A DNA stretch of 40,009 nucleotides, filler included, from an uncultured virus (IMG/VR IMGVR_UViG_2502082094_000001) (lineage: Duplodnaviria > Heunggongvirae > Uroviricota > Caudoviricetes). It is 6 parts of one record of this genome, joined end to end, with 100 filler letters (N's around TTAATTAATTAA, not from the genome) between each part and the next. Parts side by side here need not be neighbours in the genome. Positions count along the whole stretch, not along the records: positions 4,850 to 10,650 come from IMGVR_UViG_2502082094_000001; positions 10,751 to 18,231 come from IMGVR_UViG_2502082094_000001; 4 more parts are not named here. One strand, written 5' to 3'. Below are positions 9,446-16,349 of the stretch, piece by piece; within the stretch, counting starts at the first letter, position 1, and each line of letters begins with the position of its first letter. The notes under the pieces are model-generated. The model saw nothing but the letters and a program-made list of their open reading frames with translations, ran no database searches and was not told the DNA's origin. A program made the position numbers and the translations under genes.

Positions 9446-9510
9446 TAACTTCCAAGCATCAATATGCTTTCGCTGGGTTTAACAGGCTATAGGCTAGGAA
9501 GCCCATGATA
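9446..9510 (-). ncRNA. three-hairpin element copy 6
   Basis: ATGGGCT/AGCCTAT-AG-C-CTG/CAG-CGA-AAGCAT/ATGCTT-GGAAGTTA. Confidence 0.75.
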
Positions 9511-9534
9511 AATGTCTAAGTTTTGGTTTAGCTA

Positions 9535-9873
9535 TTAGCTCACAGGCATAATATCACCTTCCTCAAACTCCCAAGTAGAAGAAGACATTACACCTGTTCT
9601 GCTCAACTCACGGCACTTTTCTATTGCTTTCTCATATGCCTCCTTGAACGTTCCGGTAAAATAAAAAGATACTGTACCCATAGTCACGCTTTCTGGGATA
9701 AGATTGTGTTCGCCTAGATCATCATTCCAAGTAGCCAGATTAGCCGCTTTCATTCTTTGCTCAATACGAGGTGGATCTCTGGCATGTAGGAATATATTCC
9801 ACTCGTGTTCTTCGGTACGCTCTTCTTCAAGAAAATCTTCTCGTGGCTCTCCTTTGACGTATTTGCTTGACAT
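9535..9873 (-). CDS. hypothetical protein
   Basis: ORF track. Confidence 0.6.
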   Translation of the reverse strand: MSSKYVKGEPREDFLEEERTEEHEWNIFLHARDPPRIEQRMKAANLATWNDDLGEHNLIPESVTMGTVSFYFTGTFKEAYEKAIEKCRELSRTGVMSSSTWEFEEGDIMPVS

Positions 9874-9880
9874 CTGTTGC

Positions 9881-9994
9881 TTAGCACCTGTGTAAGTCGA
9901 TGGTTACTGCGCTCATTACTTCTCCGCAATCTGTACAGCGTACTTTTGAAGCGTCTCGTTGCTCCCACACGAAAGGGTCTGGTGGACTATTCAT
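9881..9994 (-). CDS. 37-aa zinc-finger microprotein
   Basis: MNSPPDPFVWEQRDASKVRCTDCGEVMSAVTIDLHRC; CxxC...HxC. Confidence 0.55.
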   Translation of the reverse strand: MNSPPDPFVWEQRDASKVRCTDCGEVMSAVTIDLHRC

Positions 9995-10170
9995 TTGGGT
10001 GCCTTTGAGAAGACAAGAGTTATACCGGCCTCGTGCTCATATGAACTTGTCGGCTCAACTCCCACGGCTTCAAGTTCTTGTCTAATTTCTGCTTCTTCAC
10101 CTTCTTCGATAGTCACTTTCATCTGGTCGATACTGTTCTCGCCAAGTTGGTCTATAATTTCTTGGTACAT
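9991..10170 (-). CDS. 59-aa hypothetical protein
   Basis: MYQEIIDQLGENSIDQMKVTIEEGEE...; ATGA overlap with the next ORF. Confidence 0.55.
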   Translation of the reverse strand: MYQEIIDQLGENSIDQMKVTIEEGEEAEIRQELEAVGVEPTSSYEHEAGITLVFSKAPK

Positions 10171-10180
10171 TTTACTGGTC

Positions 10181-10246
10181 TAACTTCCGAACCTTAGCGG
10201 GTTCTCGGTGGGTGGACTCCACGCCTGAGCCAAGTAGCTCAGGTTT
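10181..10246 (-). ncRNA. three-hairpin element copy 7
   Basis: AAA-CCTGAGC/GCTCAGG-C-GTGG/CCAC-CGA-GAACC/GGTTC-GGAAGTTA. Confidence 0.8.
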
Positions 10247-10292
10247 AATAAATAGTAGTGAGTGTGTTCGATGTGTTTACTTACTTACTCCA

Positions 10293-10514
10293 TCAGGGAA
10301 CGTATTCTTGTTGGTCGGTCTGCTCAACACCATCAATACTTTCGAGCCCCCTGATTGATAGGCTCAACTGTTCGGCTAGGTATAGTGCCAGTTGTTCCTC
10401 GGTGAAACCTTTGTCGTCTTCGACAAGTAAAGTAGCGTCGAAAACATCAACTTCTGGGTTCGATTCTGCGTTCGGTACGTTAAAGTTCAAGTCGACTTGA
10501 ATCTCTTGTGACAT
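10293..10514 (-). CDS. hypothetical protein
   Basis: ORF track. Confidence 0.55.
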   Translation of the reverse strand: MSQEIQVDLNFNVPNAESNPEVDVFDATLLVEDDKGFTEEQLALYLAEQLSLSIRGLESIDGVEQTDQQEYVP

Positions 10515-10750
10515 TGTAGTGCTAGTCTTCTGCTGGAGTTATGTGTACTGGCTTGTCCTCACCATCTTGGTTATCTATGCCTACCAGTGCTCCACCAGCG
10601 TTACACTCTGGGTCTTGTGCTGGGTAAATGAGAGATCCATTCTCAAGAACNNNNNNNNNNNNNNNNNNNNNNNNNNNNNNNNNNNNNNNNNNNNTTAATT
10701 AATTAANNNNNNNNNNNNNNNNNNNNNNNNNNNNNNNNNNNNNNNNNNNN

Positions 10751-10802
10751 CTTCTGGTTCTGTGCCACACTTCGGACAACGTGCTCTGACATCTTTACCC
10801 AT
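10751..10802 (-). CDS. CPxCG zinc-finger protein, partial (runs into gap)
   Basis: MGKDVRARCPKCGTEPE. Confidence 0.5.
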
Positions 10803-10813
10803 GTTAGTCTTTT

Positions 10814-10847
10814 GTTGGCTCCCTAAATCAGCGGAGCCGTACTGAAA
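10814..10847 (-). repeat. type-2 intergenic hairpin repeat copy A
   Basis: TTTCAGTAC-GGCTC-CGCTGATTTAGG-GAGCC-AAC. Confidence 0.65.
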
Positions 10848-10865
10848 TAATAGTCTGGGTGCGTG

Positions 10866-11270
10866 TTACTCTTCTGGCTGTTCTACCTCGCCGTACTCGT
10901 ATGTCACCTCTCCGATGCTGTCTCTGGCGAGAAAGATAAAGTCTATGCTGAGATGTTCTGTCTCTTCCATTCTGTAAACAGGGAAGCCCATAGACTTTCC
11001 GCTGAGGAGCAGATCTTTATCACTCGGCCTGAATGTCAGGACAAGCGTGTTGTCTTCCACCTTGGCAGATTTATCTCCTCCGTACTTCACCTGTATCTTG
11101 TCGTACTCTTCTCCTACTCTTCCGTCGTCTCTCAGATGGAAGCTGAAACCCTTGTTTCTTTTGGCTCCCATAGCGAGCCTGAAGGGTACTTGAACGTCGA
11201 TAACGTCTCGACCTATCAGCGTGTCGCCTCCGAATACGACAGCGTCTAAGACTGTTTGTGGTTCTGTCAT
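10866..11270 (-). CDS. hypothetical beta-rich protein
   Basis: ORF track. Confidence 0.6.
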   Translation of the reverse strand: MTEPQTVLDAVVFGGDTLIGRDVIDVQVPFRLAMGAKRNKGFSFHLRDDGRVGEEYDKIQVKYGGDKSAKVEDNTLVLTFRPSDKDLLLSGKSMGFPVYRMEETEHLSIDFIFLARDSIGEVTYEYGEVEQPEE

Positions 11271-11273
11271 AGT

Positions 11274-11309
11274 GTTGACTCGCCTAAAATTGCGCGAGCC
11301 GTACTGAAA
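11274..11309 (-). repeat. type-2 intergenic hairpin repeat copy B
   Basis: TTTCAGTAC-GGCTCG-CGCAATTTTAGG-CGAGTC-AAC. Confidence 0.65.
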
Positions 11310-11323
11310 GAGCGGTTGTCCAT

Positions 11324-11674
11324 CTATTCTATCTCATGCTCACTGAGCAGGCGTATCATGTTCTCGTAGTTGTTGCTTACCACTTGCCTAGAGTTGCCGA
11401 ACACATCCTTTACATCCTCGTGAGTTCTCTTGACGTTGAACATCAGAGAGGCTGCGTAGTACGCTGATGCTGCGATGGTTTTGGGAGCTTTTCCTCCCAC
11501 GTACCCAGTAAGGTACGCCGCATCTATCAGTGCGTGTCCGTAGTTCTCCGGCGTGGAGTAGAAGTCCACACTCGTTGGCCGAGGATCACCTAACGGGTTT
11601 TCCTCGACCCCTTGCCTGAACTGTCTGTGCGCCTTCTGTCTCGGGCTCCGGTTGATCTGTATTCTGTTTGTCAT
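11324..11674 (-). CDS. TFB (TFIIB) single cyclin-repeat-like protein
   Basis: GGKAPKTIAASAYYAASLMFNVKRTHEDVKDVFGNSRQVVSNNYENM. Confidence 0.75.
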   Translation of the reverse strand: MTNRIQINRSPRQKAHRQFRQGVEENPLGDPRPTSVDFYSTPENYGHALIDAAYLTGYVGGKAPKTIAASAYYAASLMFNVKRTHEDVKDVFGNSRQVVSNNYENMIRLLSEHEIE

Positions 11675-11790
11675 CTACAACTGTTTGCTATCTGTTATTC
11701 CGCCTACTATACAATCTTCGCGCACGCGCGCGTTACGCGCGAGGCACTATCTGCGTGTAGGTTTTTCATTCTATCAGTCGAACATCACAT

Positions 11791-12147
11791 CTATCTCAGC
11801 GTACCCAGATTCTGGCTTGTTTTGTTTGACTGAGAAGCCAAAATGACTCCCAAAGGTTCAGTAAAATACAACACCTCGTTTCTGGTGAGAAAGCCCTCAA
11901 GCCGCACCAACTTGATAAGAAATACAGATGGCTCATCATCAGACTCGAATGTTCTAAGAGTCCCAACTACAGATACGTTAGCGTTATCGACTAAGCAGTC
12001 CATTACATCGTGCTTCGTAGAGTCATCCTGGCTTTTGACTACAATATCCAGATCTCCAACCTGCTCCCGCACATCGCCTATGTTGGATGTTTCTACTCTT
12101 ATGTCTTCTTTTACTGTCTTGTCGTTGTTGAGTGTACTGAATGTCAT
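11791..12147 (-). CDS. hypothetical protein
   Basis: likely start MTFSTLNN; the track start overlaps element 8. Confidence 0.55.
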   Translation of the reverse strand: MTFSTLNNDKTVKEDIRVETSNIGDVREQVGDLDIVVKSQDDSTKHDVMDCLVDNANVSVVGTLRTFESDDEPSVFLIKLVRLEGFLTRNEVLYFTEPLGVILASQSNKTSQNLGTLR

Positions 12148-12168
12148 GCTATTGTCTTGTACTACTTC

Positions 12169-12235
12169 TGACTTCCACCCCTCTGTGGGGGCTCGCTGGG
12201 AGTAGTAACCAGGCATAGGGCTTGACCCCATGATA
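12169..12235 (-). ncRNA. three-hairpin element copy 8
   Basis: CATGGGG/CCCTATG-C-CTGG/CCAG-CGA-GCCCC/GGGGT-GGAAGTCA. Confidence 0.75.
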
Positions 12236-12417
12236 AATAATATCTCGTTTCGGTTCTAACCCTACTGTCTTTCCTCGTACAGTTGTTTCACGGCTTGCTC
12301 GGCTTCTTCAGCCAGTTTGATGGTGTCTCTACTGGCATCAGCATCTTGTAGAGCGTCTATTAGTTGAGCCGCATGGTGCTCAGCATCATCTAAAGCCTCG
12401 CGTTGTGTTCTCATTAG

Positions 12418-12651
12418 TTACCACTCGTGATCTGGATGATTGATACTGCCCCGCTTGTGTTCTTCTACTGAAACAACCTCTGTATGTCTTCGGCAATCTA
12501 GGGCCAGTTGTTCGGCTTGAGCAGTTGAGGTAGCCTCCACGGTGACGTGGCCAGGCATGTCTGACATAGTGCGGGTGTATACTCGGTACTTCTGTTCTTC
12601 ATTATCATCCTCGCTACTAGGGCCTTCGAGGAACGTGTCTAGGTTTGCCAT
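12418..12651 (-). CDS. hypothetical protein
   Basis: likely start MANLDTFLEG. Confidence 0.55.
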   Translation of the reverse strand: MANLDTFLEGPSSEDDNEEQKYRVYTRTMSDMPGHVTVEATSTAQAEQLALDCRRHTEVVSVEEHKRGSINHPDHEW

Positions 12652-12761
12652 AGTGCTTGTGTTTCCTCGTTTAGTGTTAACCGGCTCCACCTCGGGGAGG
12701 TATGAGGTACTAGGAGCCATGTATAAATATATGTACTACAAATGTATTAGTTGTCTAGAAT

Positions 12762-12965
12762 CTACTCTTCCAAATCCGACCTAAGATCTCTGTATGTGGT
12801 CTGAACTTCTATGTCGCTAAACTCCGTTAGGTCATCAACATCAAGATCAGCTCCATCTGTCTCATCGTATGCCTGAAGCATAACAGATAGGTGCTCGTTC
12901 ATCTCTTCTGCGTCAACACGACCTAACGCTGCGACTGCTGCGAGTTGTTCTCGGGAGTTCATCAT
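12762..12965 (-). CDS. hypothetical protein
   Basis: likely start MMNSREQ just after element 9. Confidence 0.55.
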   Translation of the reverse strand: MMNSREQLAAVAALGRVDAEEMNEHLSVMLQAYDETDGADLDVDDLTEFSDIEVQTTYRDLRSDLEE

Positions 12966-12977
12966 GTGTTCTCCTAA

Positions 12978-13049
12978 TAACTCTCGCGGTCTACAATAGC
13001 CGCTCGGTGGAAGGAGTATGCCACGCCTAATGCTAAGCAGCACAGGCTT
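12978..13049 (-). ncRNA. three-hairpin element copy 9
   Basis: AAG-CCTGTGCT/AGCATTAGG-C-GTGG/CCAC-CGA-GCGG/CCGC-GAGAGTTA. Confidence 0.7.
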
Positions 13050-13243
13050 ATAAATATGTTGAAGACGTTATAAGTCTTCTACCCGGTTATTCTCCGGTGA
13101 AGACAAGTTAGTCTTCGTCTCGGTAGTCCCAATACCCTCGCTTGCCGTGCCCGTCTAGTTCAGGGTCTTGCTCGTTGTTATCAACACTGTCGTCGTCTGA
13201 GTGATAGTAGTCCTCCGACCAGGTAGCGTTGTGTCTAGTCATC

Positions 13244-13408
13244 CTAGTTCTGTGGGTGCTCAACGTCTAGATTGTATGCCAGTTCGTCATTAACAGTGAA
13301 GTCTGGGCTCGGCTCGTCCCTATCATCTAATGGGGACTGGTTAAGCCGCTCTCCGGTATGCTTGTCGAACTCAGTCTCGTACTCGTTTGAATCCCTAAAG
13401 TCGTTCAT
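13244..13408 (-). CDS. small acidic protein
   Basis: likely start MNDFRDS after element 10. Confidence 0.5.
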   Translation of the reverse strand: MNDFRDSNEYETEFDKHTGERLNQSPLDDRDEPSPDFTVNDELAYNLDVEHPQN

Positions 13409-13423
13409 GGTAGTATGTGTCAC

Positions 13424-13487
13424 TAACTCCCGCCTCGGTGGCTCGCTGGAGACACGACCAGGCCTGCGGCTCACAGCCGCTAGGTTT
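13424..13487 (-). ncRNA. three-hairpin element copy 10
   Basis: AAA-CCTAGCGGCT/AGCCGCAGG-C-CTGG/CCAG-CGA-GCC/GGC-GGGAGTTA. Confidence 0.75.
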
Positions 13488-13506
13488 AGTATAAAGGGGA
13501 AATGGG

Positions 13507-14064
13507 TTATTCGAGAAGCCCCTCGTGCGCTAAGTCCTCGATGGTATGAGAACTACACACAGGAACCTGCCGGTGCTTCTGTAGATCTATCTCCATCATA
13601 GCTACCTCGTTGCTATCAGACTCAGTCCCGCATACCCTACACGTCCGGGTAGAACTAGGCTTACTACCCGGAGGGAAGTATGTCCGCTCTCGTAGCTGTT
13701 CTAACTGCTGGGGCTGGTCCTCAAGCACTTCACGAGGGTCCGTATCTAGCTGGTCCTGGGCTCTGTTACAGAACCGTAGCCACGCCCGCTTAGTGGCACA
13801 GCGATATAGGATACGGAACTCTTTACTGGGGTGCTCGTCTAGCCTACGGAAGTCCTCTCGGTCCTCCAAGACGGCAGCATCGCCTACGTGAGTGTAGACA
13901 TCTCCAACTTGGTCCTTCGCTACGAGCACATAGGGAGCACCGAAGTCTAGTTTAGTGTGCCAGTTGTAGCGGCCTCGGTTGAGGCTCTCCGTAGATGTCT
14001 GGCTGCCTGTGCCGCTGTTCGAGGAGGAACCCGAGGTGCCTCCCTGGAACTCTTCTAATCCCAT
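13507..14064 (-). CDS. protein with MGLEEF tag and C-terminal zinc finger
   Basis: MGLEEFQ, Ser/Gly linker, CRVC...CSSH. Confidence 0.7.
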   Translation of the reverse strand: MGLEEFQGGTSGSSSNSGTGSQTSTESLNRGRYNWHTKLDFGAPYVLVAKDQVGDVYTHVGDAAVLEDREDFRRLDEHPSKEFRILYRCATKRAWLRFCNRAQDQLDTDPREVLEDQPQQLEQLRERTYFPPGSKPSSTRTCRVCGTESDSNEVAMMEIDLQKHRQVPVCSSHTIEDLAHEGLLE

Positions 14065-14144
14065 GCTCGGCTCTCCGTGTCTATGGTAGTCATCTGTGGT
14101 CTATGAAGTTGCCTACCACCCTAGATATCAGTGATACTACTGAC

Positions 14145-14167
14145 AAAAAAGGGGGTAGCCGGGCTAC
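14145..14167 (-). terminator. hairpin plus T6 terminator
   Basis: GTAGC-CCG-GCTAC-CCCC-TTTTTT immediately after the stop of the 14169 gene. Confidence 0.55.
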
Positions 14168-14168
14168 G

Positions 14169-14487
14169 TCACTCGTCGCTATCGTCGTCGTCGGCTAACT
14201 CCTCCGACAGTTCAGCGGCGCGCTCCTCGCTGAAGCCCAGCAACTCCAGCATAGGGGCCTCGTTGTTAGCGACGTAGGCCGTGAGGGCGGGAGTGGCGAC
14301 AGCGAAGAAGTCGTGAATATCGCTACCGAGAGCGTCTCGGAGGTCGCCTCCCGAGCGCGCCAGTTCGTAGGCCGTAGGGTGGTCTCGGCTATTGAACTCC
14401 ACGTAGGTAGTGCTCGGCTCGTCGGAGTCCGTCTCGTTGCTATCGTCCTGTGCGTCTGTGGCTTTGTAGGCGGCGAAGTCGGTCATG
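14169..14487 (-). CDS. first gene of the left arm, GC-rich, hypothetical
   Basis: MTDFAAYK...; consensus promoter upstream; near-identical second copy at 35797-36099. Confidence 0.7.
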
Positions 14488-14537
14488 GTAGTCACGAGTG
14501 CTGTCTGTCAACACTCAATTCGTTATACGACCGTCGA

Positions 14538-14553
14538 ATTAATAAGTCTTTCG
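14538..14553 (-). promoter_or_regulatory. archaeal BRE-TATA promoter
   Basis: CGAAAGA-CTTATTAA on the minus strand. Confidence 0.65.
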
Positions 14554-14574
14554 CTCTAGGATGCTTTTACACCT

Positions 14575-14720
14575 TAAATTGTTAATACCGCAAAACGTAA
14601 AATATTTTTGTTGCTCGCAAAAATTTTTTGCTTTTTTCGCAAAACGCGAATTTTACGAACTGGATAGCCGACCGGCTAACGGGTGGCCCCGGCAAATTTT
14701 GCCGGTAAATTTTATTTAAT
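14575..14720. other. A-tract and palindrome-rich non-coding block at the transcription divergence point
   Basis: three CGCAAAA copies, GCAAAAATTTTTTGC and CCGGCAAATTTTGCCGG near-palindromes. Confidence 0.55.
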
Positions 14721-14814
14721 CCGGGGTCCGAGCCGGAGGAATTTAAGGGTATAGTGTGGGTAAAACCCGGAGAATACCCCTAACTATTTATTCTTCAGGC
14801 CCGTTAGCCAGAAC

Positions 14815-14949
14815 ATGAAGTACTTGGAAGTCCCAGATGAGCTTTATGAGCAAGCAAAAGACGTAATGGAGGAGCACGGCTACCAAACATTCACGGAGTT
14901 TGTCAGAGAATCAATTAGATTCAGGATCAGAGAATTGAATGATGAATGA
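14815..14949 (+). CDS. ribbon-helix-helix (CopG-like) regulator, 44 aa
   Basis: MKYLEVPDELYEQAKDVMEEHGYQTFTEFVRESIRFRIRELNDE. Confidence 0.8.
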   Translation: MKYLEVPDELYEQAKDVMEEHGYQTFTEFVRESIRFRIRELNDE

Positions 14950-15022
14950 GCACAGCAGAAACCTAGTCACGGTCATCACCCGTCCGTGGGCTGGCATATA
15001 AAAACACAAACACAGATCTAAA

Positions 15023-15271
15023 ATGAGCGAAACTACAAAAGTCATCGGGGTACACACAGAAGCAAAGCGTAAAGATGTATTCCATACAGACAAACAATGT
15101 TCATTTCTTACTGGAGAAGTTAGACCTTTGACAGATCACGAGATTGAATACCATGATCTAGATGAATGTAGTCAGTGTTCAGATGATGGAGAGTGGAGAG
15201 GTGACAACGAGCAAGATAAATCATATTACAATGCTTTAGTTGAACAGGCAGCAATTAATGAAAGAGAATAA
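15023..15271 (+). CDS. small zinc-binding protein
   Basis: FHTDKQC...CSQC. Confidence 0.6.
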   Translation: MSETTKVIGVHTEAKRKDVFHTDKQCSFLTGEVRPLTDHEIEYHDLDECSQCSDDGEWRGDNEQDKSYYNALVEQAAINERE

Positions 15272-15320
15272 GACATAAGTCATACCAATGTTTAAATGAT
15301 TGGAAATATAAGTATTAACT

Positions 15321-15391
15321 GTCCCGAAAGGGACCTCTGGGCATGGGCACACCTGCTATTGGAGCAATCCCCTGTTGCTCCATCATTTTTT
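15321..15391 (+). ncRNA. candidate small RNA
   Basis: TTTAAA at 15291, GTCCC-GAAA-GGGAC, middle hairpin, TGGAGCAA/TTGCTCCA, T6. Confidence 0.5.
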
Positions 15392-15431
15392 GCTAAACAC
15401 TAGCCCAATGGTATAAATGTAAACACAACTA

Positions 15432-15979
15432 TGAGCAGCTAGAAGAAGTAGAGATATGAACGTAGTAAAACATAACATACGGAAGAAAGCACCAAAGTTT
15501 ACAGACAAACAACTTGATGAGGAGGAGTATTACTTCACTCTCAAAGGTAGCGACATTGATGTAAGATTACCTATGCTTCTTGAACGGTGGGGTTACAGAT
15601 ACCAAATGATCTCATCGAGAAAGCTTCACCCTTTAACAGCGGAGCCAGACTTTGGCTCGTGGAGACGAGTACCAGATGAGCACCCTGACATAAAAATAAA
15701 TTAACTAAAGAATGGAAGCCAAAGCAATGTCAGTACCACATACACTACTGGAAAATAGATGGTAATGTGGAGTTCTTCATACATTACGAGCTTAGGCCGG
15801 ATATATTCAAGCCTTCAGTAAGCCCACGGAGACTGAAGGAACACCTCGACCCCGTGTGGGATACTAAAGACAAGAAAAATGCTACATATTTGCTAGGGAA
15901 GGGAGACCCAGCAGTCAGCAATAGCATAAAGAGTAATCTCTCTATGAACAAGATCAAGTATCGCCAAACATTTTTATAA
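15432..15979 (+). CDS. hypothetical protein, probably one gene broken by frameshift errors
   Basis: ORFs 15456..15704 and 15767..15979 read as a continuous protein (QYHIHYW..FIHYELRP). Confidence 0.4.
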
Positions 15980-15999
15980 TATAAGAGCAATATACAAAT

Positions 16000-16329
16000 A
16001 TGGAACGACCGATTGCTGATATGAGACCTGTAGGACCGTTCTTTGATCTCCCAATGTCAGGGAGCAAAAGTATGCACGTAAGGTCTCATCTAGACCAATC
16101 CGAAGCCCCTAGCGATGAAGTACTCTCTGATATTGTAGAAGGTCTAGAAAGTACTGACTACGACATTAGTGAAGAAGATGTATTTAGTGAGACTAGAGAT
16201 GAAAATGGTGTAGTACACGTAGTTACTGGTGAAAATGATATTCCAGTAGCTGATGTGCAAGAGATCAGGAATGTGGTAGCAACGAATGTAGACTCTTCGG
16301 TCAACGAAGCATTCGTTAACTACCATTAA
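16000..16329 (+). CDS. RP-leader protein
   Basis: MERPIADMRPVGPFF; TATA about 25 nt upstream. Confidence 0.7.
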   Translation: MERPIADMRPVGPFFDLPMSGSKSMHVRSHLDQSEAPSDEVLSDIVEGLESTDYDISEEDVFSETRDENGVVHVVTGENDIPVADVQEIRNVVATNVDSSVNEAFVNYH

Positions 16330-16349
16330 GAACGCAACTCAGTTTTATA

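Noticed and set aside
3123..13487. Three-hairpin element as a hammerhead ribozyme
   Set aside because: AAA-stem-C-stem order is reminiscent, but the CUGAnGA core and the UH cleavage triplet are not conserved.
3123..13487. Integron attC array
   Set aside because: Some copies end in GTTA.., but attC is one long hairpin with RYYYAAC/GTTRRRY ends. These are three short hairpins, and the tyrosine recombinase fragment is not adjacent.
3123..13487. CRISPR array
   Set aside because: Repeats are diverged in sequence and separated by whole genes, not by uniform spacers.
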